Shown here: positions 1 through 12,075 of the stretch, piece after piece
How the letters are laid out: every line of letters starts with the position of its first letter
How positions within the stretch are numbered: the stretch's first letter is position 1
NCBI GenBank assembly: GCA_951406725.2
Contig: OX597818.1
Coordinates: 128,712,001 to 128,776,000, forward strand
Direction of reading: 5' to 3'
DNA from: Octopus vulgaris
Taxonomy: Eukaryota
DNA: 64,000 bases
The notes under the pieces: generated by a model
Database searches by the model: none
What the model was told of the DNA's origin: nothing
What the model saw: only the letters and a program-made list of their open reading frames with translations
Program-made: the position numbers and the translations under genes

Positions 1-1105
1 TGCACTACAATGCATTAAATCAGCCAGGTGCACTACACTAAGATGAATTTTTACTGTAGATGCACTATATAAGATGAATTTTAACAGTGAGCCACTGATT
101 TTAAGGACATCATTCACTTCTGAATTGACAATAATTGCTACATTACTACTACTACTACTACACCCTCTCCCCCCTCTCTCTCTCTCACTCTCTCATTCCT
201 CACTGTCTGACCTTTCAACATCCCTCTATTTTTTTTCTGTTGGTTTTGATGATGAGGGTTTAAATAGTTTGATCCACTGAATTAGCTGCCTATTGTATTA
301 GTGGTTGAGTATTCCATAGGCATGTGTACCCTTAACATAATCTTCTGGTAGAATCAGCTTGATACAGTGACAAGTCTTGTACCTTTGAATTACAGGTATT
401 TTCCATAGGACAGGCTTCTACACAGTTTCCTCGACCAAGTTTCACTTACAAAGCTTGAGTCAGCCTCAGGCACTTTCCCAAGATGTCATGCATTAGGATT
501 GAACCTAGGACTTTGTGACTGTTGCCATGTTGTGCCCAATCAGTACACCGCCTTAGATTAAATTTATGCTATTGATATTCGATGACTGGGATCCGTGCTA
601 GTGGAGCACTAAGACCACCATCTGAGTGTGATCATTACCAGAGCAGCTAACTGGTGTTCGTGCCGGTGGCACATAAAAAGCACCATTCGAGTGTGATTGT
701 TACCAGTGTCGCCTTACTGGCACTTGTGCCTGTGTGTGTGGGTGACATGTAAAAAAAAAATTTTTTTAATGATTTTCCGTGGCCGTTGCCAGTACCGCCT
801 GACTGGCCCTCGTGCTGGTGGCACGTAAAAGCACCCACTACACTCTCGGAGTGGTTGGCATTAGGAAGGGCATCCAGCTGTAGAAACTCTGCGAAATCAA
901 GATTGGAGCCTGCTGCAGCTATCTGGTTCGCCAGTCCTCAGGCAAATCGTCCAACCCATGCTAGCATGGAAAGCGGATGTTAAACATCGATGATGATGGT
1001 GATTCATTTGAATTACTTCCCTTAGTTCACTTTTTTTTTGTTTTTTTGTTTTTTTTTGTCTTTAGCTCCTTAATCAGTTGATTTTTTTTTTCCTTTCTAT
1101 TGCAG

Positions 1106-1133
1106 GATGACGATGAAGAAAAGAAAGATAAAG
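1106..1133 (+). CDS. CCAR1: CCAR1 internal 28-nt microexon (DDDEEKKDK+G)
   Basis: Polypyrimidine tract then tgcag|GAT...AAAG|gtaatt. It ends in phase 1, matching the phase-1 start of the next exon, and its D/E/K-rich composition fits the CCAR1 segment before the EF-hand-like region. Confidence 0.7.
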
Positions 1134-1255
1134 GTAATTTGTCTTTTCTGGTTTGGTTGCAATAGTTGACATGTTATGCTTGAAATTTCTTAAATGTTTT
1201 TACAGAACATGAATGGTAGATTAATTTTACCTGTTCAAGGGCCAGTCTCTGTTAA

Positions 1256-1475
1256 CCCTTTCATTACTGTATTTATTTAGAGATGCTCTGTGTTTCTTTC
1301 AATTATTTTAAATATAACAAAGAATTTAGTAAAATAACTTAGTTATCATTCAGACAGTGTTAGGAACATAAATTGCGACTAAGGTTTAGTGGTATATTTT
1401 AATGAAAAACTTATGAAAACAAGACATTTGTACCCAGAGCCAGAGCCGGTTTTAGCCGGGTTGGTAACAAAAGGG
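1256..1475. mobile_element. piggyBac-type MITE
   Basis: TTAA|CCCTTTCATTAC ... GTAACAAAAGGG|TTAA. Confidence 0.75.
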
Positions 1476-2975
1476 TTAAAGGATAATCTTGATGGAATTT
1501 ATACATTATTGTCAGAAAGTAGGCACATGAATGCACCAAGCCATGATATGGCAATGTATTGGTGTTAATGATGTTAATAATTGTGATTTTTAATTTAGTC
1601 ACTAGGCCTTGTATTTTAGGAGAGGGATATAGTTATTTAATTAAATATATTCCAGTACTAGGCTGCTATTATTTTGTTGATACTTGGAATATTAAAAGGC
1701 TGTTTAACTTCAATGAAATTTGAACTAAAGTTATAAAGAGTTGAAACAAATACCACAAGGTATTTTGTCCAATACTAATAATTTCACTAGTTCATTGTCT
1801 TAATGATGATGATGAAAATTTTTTACATATACTGTGGAGGGAACCTGTGGTAGAGGTAGACCCAACAAGGTGATGAAGCATGATCTTCAAACATTGGATC
1901 TCACAGAAGCGATGACTAGTGACCAAGAATTTTGGCAATATGCCATGCTTGCGAAGACCCGTCAAGCCAAGTGAAATCGTAGTCATGGCTGATGCTGGTG
2001 TCACATAACTGGTACCCATGCCAGTTGGTTGTAAAAAGCACTGTTCAAGCATTGGGCCTTGTAGAGGCAATGTGGCCAATACCAGTATCCCATAACTGGC
2101 ACGAACTCAGAGTATAAAGGGCTGTAACTAAATACCACAAAGCGTTTTGACCAGCATTCTAATAATCCTTTACTATAGGCACAATTCCTGAAATTGAAGG
2201 GTAGGCCCAGTGGTTAGGGCAGCGAACTCGCGGTCGGAGGATCGCAGTTTCGATTCCCAGACCGGACATTGTGTGTGTTTATTGAGCAAAAACACCTAAA
2301 GCTCCATGAGGCTCCAGCAGGGAGTGGTGGCGACCCCTGTTGTACTCTTTCTTCCTGTTTCTTGAGTAACGCTGTGATGGACTGGCATCCCGTCCAGCTG
2401 GGGGAAACACATACGCTACAAAAACCGGGAAACCGGGCCCATGAGCCTGGCTAGGCTTGAAAAGGGCACATAAATAAAAAAAGGGTAGGGGGCTATCCGA
2501 TTACATCAACTCCAGTACTCAACTGGTACTTATTTCATTGACTCACACCCAAAAGAATAAAAAGCAAAATTTACCTCTACAGTATTTGAACTCAGAACGT
2601 AAAGGTAGATAAAATGCTGTTAGGTATTTTTTCCAGCATGCTAATGATTCTACCAATTTGCCAGCTTTCTAATAATACCGCCAGTATACCATCCTAATAA
2701 TGGTTTCAAATTTTGGCACAAGGGTAGCAATTTTGGGGAAGTGGGTAAGTCAGTTACATTGACCCTTGTACTTATTTTATCAACCTTCAAAAGGATGGAA
2801 GTTAAAATCAACCTCAGCAGAACTTGAAATCAGAACATAACAATGAACAAAATGCCGCTAATCATTTCACCCAGGTTGTTAATAATTCTGCCACCTCGCC
2901 ATCGTACACCATCTTAATAATAATAATGGTTTCTAGCATAGGCACAATGTCTGAGATTTGTTGGTGAGTGTTTAA

Positions 2976-3193
2976 CCCTTTAGTGTATTGGGCCAAATCC
3001 GGCCCAATATATTCTACATGTTTTATATTCAAACTGGCGATATCTAGCTTCTCACACCTAACCTACAATGCCATTCTAAAAATAAACAATCACATCATTG
3101 AAACCTCAAAGCTGTAAGATAATCCAGGATTAATCCAAAACAATTTGAGTGAAAAAGTATTACATTTAACAGAGTAATCTGAACACTAAAGGG
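2976..3193. mobile_element. piggyBac-type MITE, second family (copies at 52196-52415, 59192-59409, ~62165-62365)
   Basis: TTAA|CCCTTTAGTGT ... ACACTAAAGGG|TTAA; the internal sequence is shared between copies. Confidence 0.8.
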
Positions 3194-3518
3194 TTAAACT
3201 GGCTCCAATATTTCACTGGTGCTTACTTTGTTTGATCAAACCTGGAGAAGTGAAAGGCTGAGTTGACTGTAACAGAATAAGAATTGAAAATATCAAGAGC
3301 TGGAACACATACTGTAAAACAGTTTTTTTTTTTCAACATTGTTTTAATTTCGTTTTTTTTTTTTTTTTTTTTTTAAATCTCTGTTGTCACCAAATGATTT
3401 AACTATCTGGCTAAAACTCTATTGAGAGTAATGAATTTAGATTATTTTTGAAATTAATGCTTTATGTTTTCCTCAACTTCTTTCTCTTACAAAATATACA
3501 TGTGGTTCATTTTAGTAG

Positions 3519-3688
3519 GAAAAAGAGACCGGGATGAAAAGAAGAAGGAGAAGAAGAAGTACTACACATTTGATCCTGCTTTGTTACTAGCATTTGTATA
3601 TTTTGATCAGAATCACACAGGCTATCTGTTAGATAAAGACATTGAGGAAATCATGCACACTGTTGGCATGCAGTTGTCAAGAGCTCAG
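3519..3688 (+). CDS. CCAR1: CCAR1 exon, EF-hand-like region
   Basis: Encodes GKRDRDEKKKEKKKYYTFDPALLLAFVYFDQNHTGYLLDKDIEEIMHTVGMQLSRAQ, matching the CCAR1 motif LLxAFVYFDQxHxGYLLxKDxEEI...LSRAQ. Acceptor is tttagtag (alternative start 3516); donor is CAG|gtaaac. Confidence 0.93.
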
Positions 3689-6600
3689 GTAAACTATTTC
3701 ACAATGTTTCTCGTTGGGTTTGTGAGGGCTGCACATTTTTGTAATTACACTTCATGGCTCTTGATATGGCTAAATATTGTCAGGTTTTGGCACAAGGCTA
3801 GCAAGTTCACGGAAGAGGGCAAGTCGGTCACATCAACCCCAGTGCTGAACTGGTACTTATTTTATTGACCCCAAAAGGATGAAAGGCAAAGTTAGTCTTG
3901 GCAGAAATTGAACTCAGACCATAAAGATAGTTGAAATGCTGCTAAACAGTTTGATTGACTGTAAAGTGTAGATAGAATGTTTATTCTTTCATTTGTTCAA
4001 TTTTGTGTCCGTGCTAGCATGAGAATTTATTACAGAGGTCTTCCCTGTCACTAACCCTTACCTGTTTTGCAAGTAAGGGCACTTTCATTCTACTATAATA
4101 GAAGACACTGGCCCTAGATATCATTCAGCAGGACCACGTGATTGTGAAGCAAACTTCTTTACAAAACTCTGCCAGTACCTAGTATGATTATAAGTATTTA
4201 GATTGAATATAATTGTAAATATATATTTATATAAATACAGAGATTACCCTGCATTTCAAAATAAAGGTATTAAAAAATATGTGAATGATAAACACTTAAA
4301 ATATCAAAATTAGAAATTGTTTTTACACACTAAGATGTAATACTCTTTACTCTTTTACTTGTTTCAGTCATTTGACTGCGGCCATGCTGGAGCACCGCCT
4401 TCAGTCGAGCAAATCGACCCTGGGACTTATTCTTTGTAAGCCCAGTACTTATTTTATCGGTCTCTTTTGCCGAACCGCTAAGTGACGGGGACGCAAACAC
4501 ACCAGCATCGGTTGTCAAGCAATGCTAGGGGGACAGACACAGACACACAGACACACACACATACATATATATACATATATACGACAGGCTTCTTTCGGTT
4601 TCCGTCTACCAAATCCACTCACAAGGCATTGGTCGGCCCGGGGCTATAGCAGAAGACACTTGCCCAAGATGCCACGCAGTGGGACTGAATCCGGAACCAT
4701 GTGGTTGGTTAGCAAGCTACTTACCACACAGCCACTCATGCGCCTATATATACGAAATATAATTGTATAACTTGCATACATATTTACAATTTACTCTGTA
4801 GTATGTGTTTAGTAGAAGAATGTTTTTGTGGCAGCATGTAGACACAAAATAAAGTACTTAGCAAGGTATAAACAAATATTTTAGTATCTTTTTGCTATTT
4901 AGCTGCTTCTGTTTTGGTTTTACATCTCCAGTCTGAATCATACTGATGTATAAATAAAACACATGTGTGAAGTATGATGAACATTTAATGTATGATATCT
5001 ATGATAGTTAAATCTAATGTTACTATAATTTAAACACTGTCACATATCAGTTAATCTGAAACCATGTGGTTCCAATGCAAACTTCTTACCAAGAGCCATG
5101 CATAAAACTGTCTTTGGGGCTATTAGCAGAGGGATGAAGTATTGATCTAAGAAGAGGAAAATTACTTTTATAAACGATTTCTTAAAAGGGAGGGGGGACC
5201 ATTTTAGATTTACAGCCACATATTCCAGTGTAATAGGGCTTTATTTTATTTTCTCTCATCTGTGAATTGAAACTCTGAATGACTCACCTGTGGTATATAA
5301 ACAGCCAATTGTACAGTGTCTGTTCTTCAGGCACAATATACTCTTTTATTTTAACTCTGTGAAAGCTGGCATTACTAACTCTGTTTCTTAGTTAGAAGTT
5401 TTCATAATGAAGACGGCTTCCAGCTCTAAAAATATAAAGAACGGGTTGACCCTCGTGTTAACATGGGAAAAGGAACATGTGGTTTAAAAGACCAACATTA
5501 TTTGAGAGATGTATAGCTAATGGAATCAGTCCCAATATCTTACTGGTTCTTTATCTTTTTGAACTTTAAAAGTTCAGGATAGAATTTTGCATTGAAAATG
5601 AAGGATAAAGAGGACCCTATCTGGAATTTAAACTCAGAAATGAAAATTTATTAACTAGATACAACAAAAATTTAGCCTGTCATTTTTGTATTTCTGCCAA
5701 AACTATAGTTCTTGTTGCCCTAATAATAGGACTGCATAGATGCATCAACCTCAGTATATTACTGAAACTGTAAATCAAGAAAATGAAATGTAATATCAAC
5801 TCTATGATTCCAGCATATTGTTACTGATATATATTTTATTGATTCTAGTGTGATTAAATGCTTACATATGGTTTAATCTTGGGAGCTACTAGGATAAAAA
5901 TAACTAAAAAATAATACATTTCTATTCCTTTTACTTTATAATAATAATAATGGTTTCAAATTTTGCCACAAGGGCAGCAATTTGGGGGAAGGGGATGAGT
6001 TGATTACATCGACCCCTGTGTTTAACTGGTACTTATTTTATCAACCCTGAAAGGATGAAAGGTAAAGTTGACCTCAGTGGAATTTGAACTCAGAACATAC
6101 CAACGGGCAAAATACTGCTAAGCATTTCATCCAGCTCGCCGTCTTAATAATAATAATATATCATGTACATTGTTTTGTCTTGGTATAAAAGATGGGCTAC
6201 AGCAAATATTCTGCTCAATATCACAGATTTGCTTGTCAGTTGTTTGACCATAACCAGTTGAGCATGTTCCTTAGTGGCTGACGATATGTGCATCTCTGAT
6301 CACGAGCAGAAGTAGTTGGGGAGCATCATAGCCATGTGTCGAGAGGGATTCTTTGGGGTTTGAATAATTCACCTCTGGAAACATGGGTGTTTCATTCAAC
6401 ATCCTTAAACAACTCTTATTCGAGGACCTTTTGAGCGAGATGGGTTACTCGACCAGAAGAAAATTCTAACTGGGTCCCACATGCAAGATCATGTGCTGTT
6501 TATCTTGATATGAGATCACCATGTCGCGCACATATGGTTGTAATGCATATGCCTTGTGTACCCTTATCAGACAGGTAGACATGATGGGTATACTGGGCTT

Positions 6601-6720
6601 CATATATTTTACACCAGTGTCACTTTGATAGCATGCACTGCTCTCTCACTCAATAGTAGTAGTAGTAGTTTCTAGTTTGGTGACATTATCATCATTTGTT
6701 TTCTTAAAATACTTTTATAG

Positions 6721-6865
6721 GTACGAAAATATGTCCAAAAGCTTGTGTCACGTGACACTTTAAATTATCGCAAATTGACGGATAAGCCGAAAGCTGAGGA
6801 TGCTACTGAAGATGGAAAAATTGATTCAAAAGGTGCAGACTCAGATGATATTAAACTTGCTCAAG
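6721..6865 (+). CDS. CCAR1: CCAR1 exon
   Basis: ttttatag|GTA CGA... encodes VRKYVQKLVSRDTLNYRKLTDKPK...KLAQ+G (CCAR1 YRKLTD motif). Donor AAG|gtaact; phase 0 in, phase 1 out. Confidence 0.92.
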
Positions 6866-7477
6866 GTAACTTCATTTATGTATTTTTATTTATTATTTTT
6901 TTTTTTTATCCATGTTTAACCCTTTTGATACTAACTTGCCTGTGAACTCTCCTAGATTTATAAAACAATGTTTACTCACTGACCCTGATTTCATGCAAAT
7001 ATCTAAATGTTTAAAAGTTAATAGTCTTAAGAAATAGAGAAAATCCTCTACTTCACAGGGCTATAAAGACACTTACAGGCTTTGTCTTTGCCTTGTATCT
7101 CCATTGCAAGTTAGCTTATTATAGCAGATCACTTCCTAAGTTTTATTTATGGTAAGATTTGAACATAGTGCTGCAAGATAACAAAGCATGTGTGAATTAG
7201 CTAGTGTTTCCATTGATAAGAGCAATATATTGTACAACCTAAGTGTCTTGGCCATAGAGAAAACTTGTTACAGTTGATTAATGCATATCATGTTTTCTTC
7301 AAGGTCAGTCTAATACATTAGTTGGCCAGTTGCAATTAATTCATATCAGCTATTGAAATTGCGAAGAAAAAATACATCTTATTTTTGTCATTAATTAATA
7401 TAAGTCAAATGAATAAATGTTGTAAATATGTTAACTTTCAAACATGAAAGTATTTTTTCTTAAATTTCTATTTTCAG

Positions 7478-7702
7478 GAAATTATCATTTTTTAAATGCT
7501 ATAAAAGCTAAGAACTCTTCAGAGGACTTGGCAGTAACATCCAAATTAAAAGGTGAAGGTGAGGAAACCGCTCCCAATTCTGGATTTATTAGCTACAATG
7601 GAGCTTTGATCGATATTGACAGTATCACTCAGCGACTAGAGAAAAGCGAGAAAAATAGGAGTGCCTTGGAAGAAAAGTTACAGGATTCCACTGCTGAAAT
7701 TG
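7478..7702 (+). CDS. CCAR1: CCAR1 penultimate coding exon
   Basis: ttttcag|GA; encodes GNYHF...GFISYNGALIDIDSITQRLEKSEKNRSALEEKLQ (CCAR1 YNGAxxDxxSxxQxLEKSEK). Donor TTG|gttagt; phase 1/1. Confidence 0.92.
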
Positions 7703-8183
7703 GTTAGTTACACTTTGTTATATTTTGCTTTTGGAGGAAGACAATTGCTGTTAGGCTAAGATGCTGCACTGCATGAACAGGAGTTTTACCTACTGCAGCT
7801 AGTGTTATATTTGAGTTAGTGATATACCAGTGTGTGTGTGTTTGTAAATATATGTAAAGTGGTAGGTGTTAGGAAGGGCATCCAGCTGTAGAAACCATGC
7901 CAAATCAGACTGGAGTTTGGTGCAGCTTACCAGCTCTGGTCAAACCGTTCAATCCATGCCACCATAGGCAATGAGCTGGCAGAAACGTTAGCGCGTCGGG
8001 TGAAATGCTTAGCGGTATTTCGTCTGCCGTTACGTTCTGAGTTCAACCTTTGCCTTTCATCCTTTCAGGGTCGATAAATAAAGTATCAGTTTCACACTGG
8101 GGTCGATGTAATCAACTTAATCCCTTTGTCTGTCCTTGTTTGTCCCTTCTGTGTTTAGCCCCTTGTGGGTAGTAAAGAAATAG

Positions 8184-8219
<36 letters not shown>

Positions 8220-8224
<5 letters not shown>

Positions 8225-8432
8225 TAAATTAGAGATAAAACCACTATTAGGCAAATCAAACAATGAAAAACTTAAGCCAATACATAAAATTAATTAATTT
8301 ATATTATTTTAAATATATATCAAAAGTATTAAAAGTTTAATAAAAGATAATGAGTAAAACACTACGATTGTTTCATGGCTGTCCAATTCGTAATAATTCG
8401 AGTTATGGTTACAGTCAATCTTCAGGTCTGTG
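8220..8432 (-). mobile_element. Probable Penelope-like terminal fragment in (TA)n with hammerhead motif; related copy at ~18555-18862
   Basis: Shares attaaattagagataaaaccactattaggcaaatcaaac...tatcaaaagtattaaaagttta with the 18.6-18.9 kb copy. Minus strand reads CTGAAGA-ttgactgt...acagccat-GAAAC-aatc-GTA. Confidence 0.55.
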
Positions 8433-8578
8433 CCAGTATGTGTGTATGAAAGAGAGAGAGATTGCTTTAATAATATTAATATTTAATTAAGATTTGTCCA
8501 GTTTGGTTTAAAATCAAAAAATTTCTGTGGACATATTGGTTACTTGCCTTCCTTTAAGATGTTTTTTTTTTCATTTAG

Positions 8579-8850
8579 ATTTGCTGAAGGATAAAGCATT
8601 AAAGCGTGAAGATTTAATTAAACAGATGCAACAGGAACTAACTATAATTAAGAAGGAGAAAGAAGAGCAAATAGAAACAGTGTCATCAACTGAAAGTGAA
8701 AACAGACGGCTGTTCACTGCTCTAAAACACTGTGAAAAGACATTGACTGGTCTTCTGAAGGGTGTTACTACAAGTCTTACACCTTTAATAATAGACAAGA
8801 AAAAGAAATTTGATAAAAAGGTGAAAAATGAAAATGATACTGGAGAATAA
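8579..8850 (+). CDS. CCAR1: CCAR1 terminal coding exon (C-terminal coiled coil)
   Basis: tcatttag|AT in phase 1; encodes DLLKDKALKREDLIKQMQQEL...VKNENDTGE, stop TAA at 8848-8850. Followed by a long AT-rich, TE-poor tract that is probably the 3' UTR. Confidence 0.87.
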
Positions 8851-10088
8851 ATGTTTCAAAGTCCTCCAAAAGAAATGTTCGGATAAATTATGAGAATGAG
8901 AAAGGTACCAAGGAATTTATTATTTTTTTTCCTAACATGAGGTTCCACCAATCTCTACCTTGTCCATATTTCAGTGACTATAAACTAACGGCCAGCAACA
9001 ACACAACTTTCATCACTCTTCCCTCCACCCATCTTTCTCCTTGTGTCCCTCTATTCTTTGTCCTCTTTCATCTGTGCTCTTGATCAATCCTGAACTGTTA
9101 TCTACTTATGCAGTCTTTCCAATGTGTAGATTTGCTTGGATTTCAAATGATTACCAAATACAGCAAACAAAGATGGAAATGCTTGCTTGCTTGTTTGTTT
9201 GGGGGTTTTATTTTTATTGTATTTTCTGTTTGATTTTTTTTTTCTTGCATTGAAAATAGAAGTTCCATCAAACAATTGAAAACATTTGGGTTTTTTTTTT
9301 GCCTCTCACTCTCTCATTTCACTGTTGAATTTGTAAATTTGGCTGTCGAGGGTGCAATGACTGAAGAAAGAGTACAATAATAAACTGGTATCTGCAGGGA
9401 CATGTAAATATTATGGTTTAAAAAAATCAACTTCAGCAACCACTTTTTTTTTTTTTTTTTTTTTGTAAGAGTGGCTTTGGAAGTTTCTGCACTGAACAAG
9501 TGACCAGATGAAGTGCTGTGTTAATAATATTCCATTATTGCCTATAAAAAAAAAATAAAGAAGTCTTCGTTCTTTATGTGAGGTAGGTGGGATGGGGTAG
9601 GGAAATTAAAGTAAAAATGATATAAAACTCAACAAAAAATCTCCTGTTTGTAAAAGAATTTACTTTTATAAATATATAATTTTTTTTTTCTTTTCCTTTC
9701 GCACAAGAAGATTTTTCAAAGAAGTTAATATTATACTGAGGCATTAATTCTGCACATTGCATTGTTAAATTGGTATTGTAGCTTCTTTCAAAAGCCTTGT
9801 TGGGTTATTTTTTTTTTTTTATGAAATGTCTATTTTGTTTTAATCTTACTTCATCCCCAACTTTATCTTTCATCCTCTTCTCTACCATCATTTTTTTTTT
9901 TTTTTTTTTCAAAATAATTCTGTCCCATGTTGTTTGATATTATGGTAAATTTAAAAGATTTAATGAAAATGAGATTTTATTGATATATATATATATATAA
10001 ATATGTATATATAAATATGTATATATAAATATATATATAAATATGTATATATAAATATATATATAAATATGTATGTATATATAAATAT

Positions 10089-10145
<57 letters not shown>

Positions 10146-10761
10146 TACATATATAAGTGCGAGATTCTTAACCAAGTCACATAATATTAAATGAACATAT
10201 CAGGTTAATACATGAAACATACACAATCTATATTTATCTAAATATATATGCTGAGAGTATTGTATAAAGAAATGGATAAAAGAAAAATTTACAGACTGAG
10301 TGTATAATTGATATTTTTTTTTTTAAATGAAATTTTAAGCCAGGAAGGATCTATTTTCCAAATCCACTTCTATTTCTCTTTAAAAAGTTGTATAAAGTGC
10401 TACACAAGCCACTTTCTTAAGGGTACATTTTTCACAAACATTTTCTTTTCTTCATGTGTCTTTTCCTGTCATTGATTCAATGTGTATTGTAATCTAAATA
10501 TTCTATGCATCTGTGCAATTGTTTTTATAAGAAAAGTGCATGAGCGTGTGTGTGTGTGTCTGCGTGTGTATTTATGTATATTATACATATAAAATATATA
10601 TTATGTGATATATATATATAATCTGGTCACAAGGATCCATATGTTGTTCAGGTAATTTTTTGGTTTTTCATCACTTCCATTCATTACAAAGATCATTCAC
10701 ATTCATGCCAAATTATCATTCATGTTGTTTTTTTTATTTCTTCAAAGAGTTATTGAGTTTG

Positions 10762-10811
<50 letters not shown>

Positions 10812-11081
10812 CTCTCTAATAAAATAAAAACAATATTTATTTGTGGATGTAATGTTGTGCATGCCTGAACACAAATCTTTGCCGCAGTATCTCTTATTGG
10901 CAAATGGTTTAACACCATTTAGGTTTGTTAAAATAATTCAGGATGGTGGAAGAAAAAAGAAAACACACACATAAACAAAAAGAATGAAAAAATTTTGCCA
11001 ATCTTTAGTAATTAAATGAATTTTCATTTATTAGCAATACATACACATGCACACACACCTATAAAGCTATATATGTGTGTG

Positions 11082-11142
<61 letters not shown>

Positions 11143-11417
11143 GAAGTGTTTTTGATTTATTTTTTTATAAAGCCAAAACAACGTAAATCATAAGAAATAT
11201 TACAACCTAATGGTTTGTACTTTTAACTTGTGGACTCACAACACCTTTCTCCAAAGTGTTCCTGAAAAGTGGGGCCTAGCCCTGAAACATTGAAATACAA
11301 GGTAAAATACAAACCATCGACTTGTATTATTTTATATAAATTGCATTGTTTTGGTTTTATAAAATAAAAACAAAACGAAAATGAAAAACACATATCAGAC
11401 AATGCTTCATGTAAACT

Positions 11418-11444
11418 GTACTATCTTAATATGTGTGTGTGTAC

Positions 11445-11479
<35 letters not shown>

Positions 11480-11659
11480 CAACAGAGAAGTTGCATGGCA
11501 ACTACAAATGAATAGCTTTTAGTTTGTGAAGTGGCATGCACAAAACTCTTTGCTCACTTTTGTAACTTTTCTGCCAATTGAAAAGTGTGTATGCACATAT
11601 GTATGTATGTATGTATGTGTCTATATTTATGGATGTGTATATATATGTGTATGTATGTA

Positions 11660-11711
<52 letters not shown>

Positions 11712-12025
11712 TATATGTATACACACAATGTTTGCATACATATAACACACATAATATACATACATTATATGTGTATGTATATGTATAAATGTATCATCAT
11801 TTTTAAAACGAATGTTAAACGATATATTTATATGTATATATATATACACATAATATATATATACATACATATATACACATGCATATATACATACATATAT
11901 ATATACATACATACATAAACATATATATTCATATATATATATATATATATACATACACACACACATACATACACATGTATATATACTCACAGACATAAAT
12001 ATATACACAGACATATATATACAAC

Positions 12026-12070
<45 letters not shown>
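11418..12070. repeat. (TA)/(TG)/(TATG) compound microsatellite; similar tracts at 9983-10153, 35128-35560, 36600-36905, 37260-37370 and 45016-45212
   Basis: Directly visible dinucleotide and tetranucleotide repeats. Confidence 0.95.

Positions 12071-12075
<5 letters not shown>

Noticed and set aside
4522-4770. Recurrent ORFs such as ...RLPNPLTR..SARGYSRRHLPK.PRSGTEPGTMWLVSKLLTTQP (about ten loci)
   Set aside because: Antisense translations of SINE family A, not a protein family.
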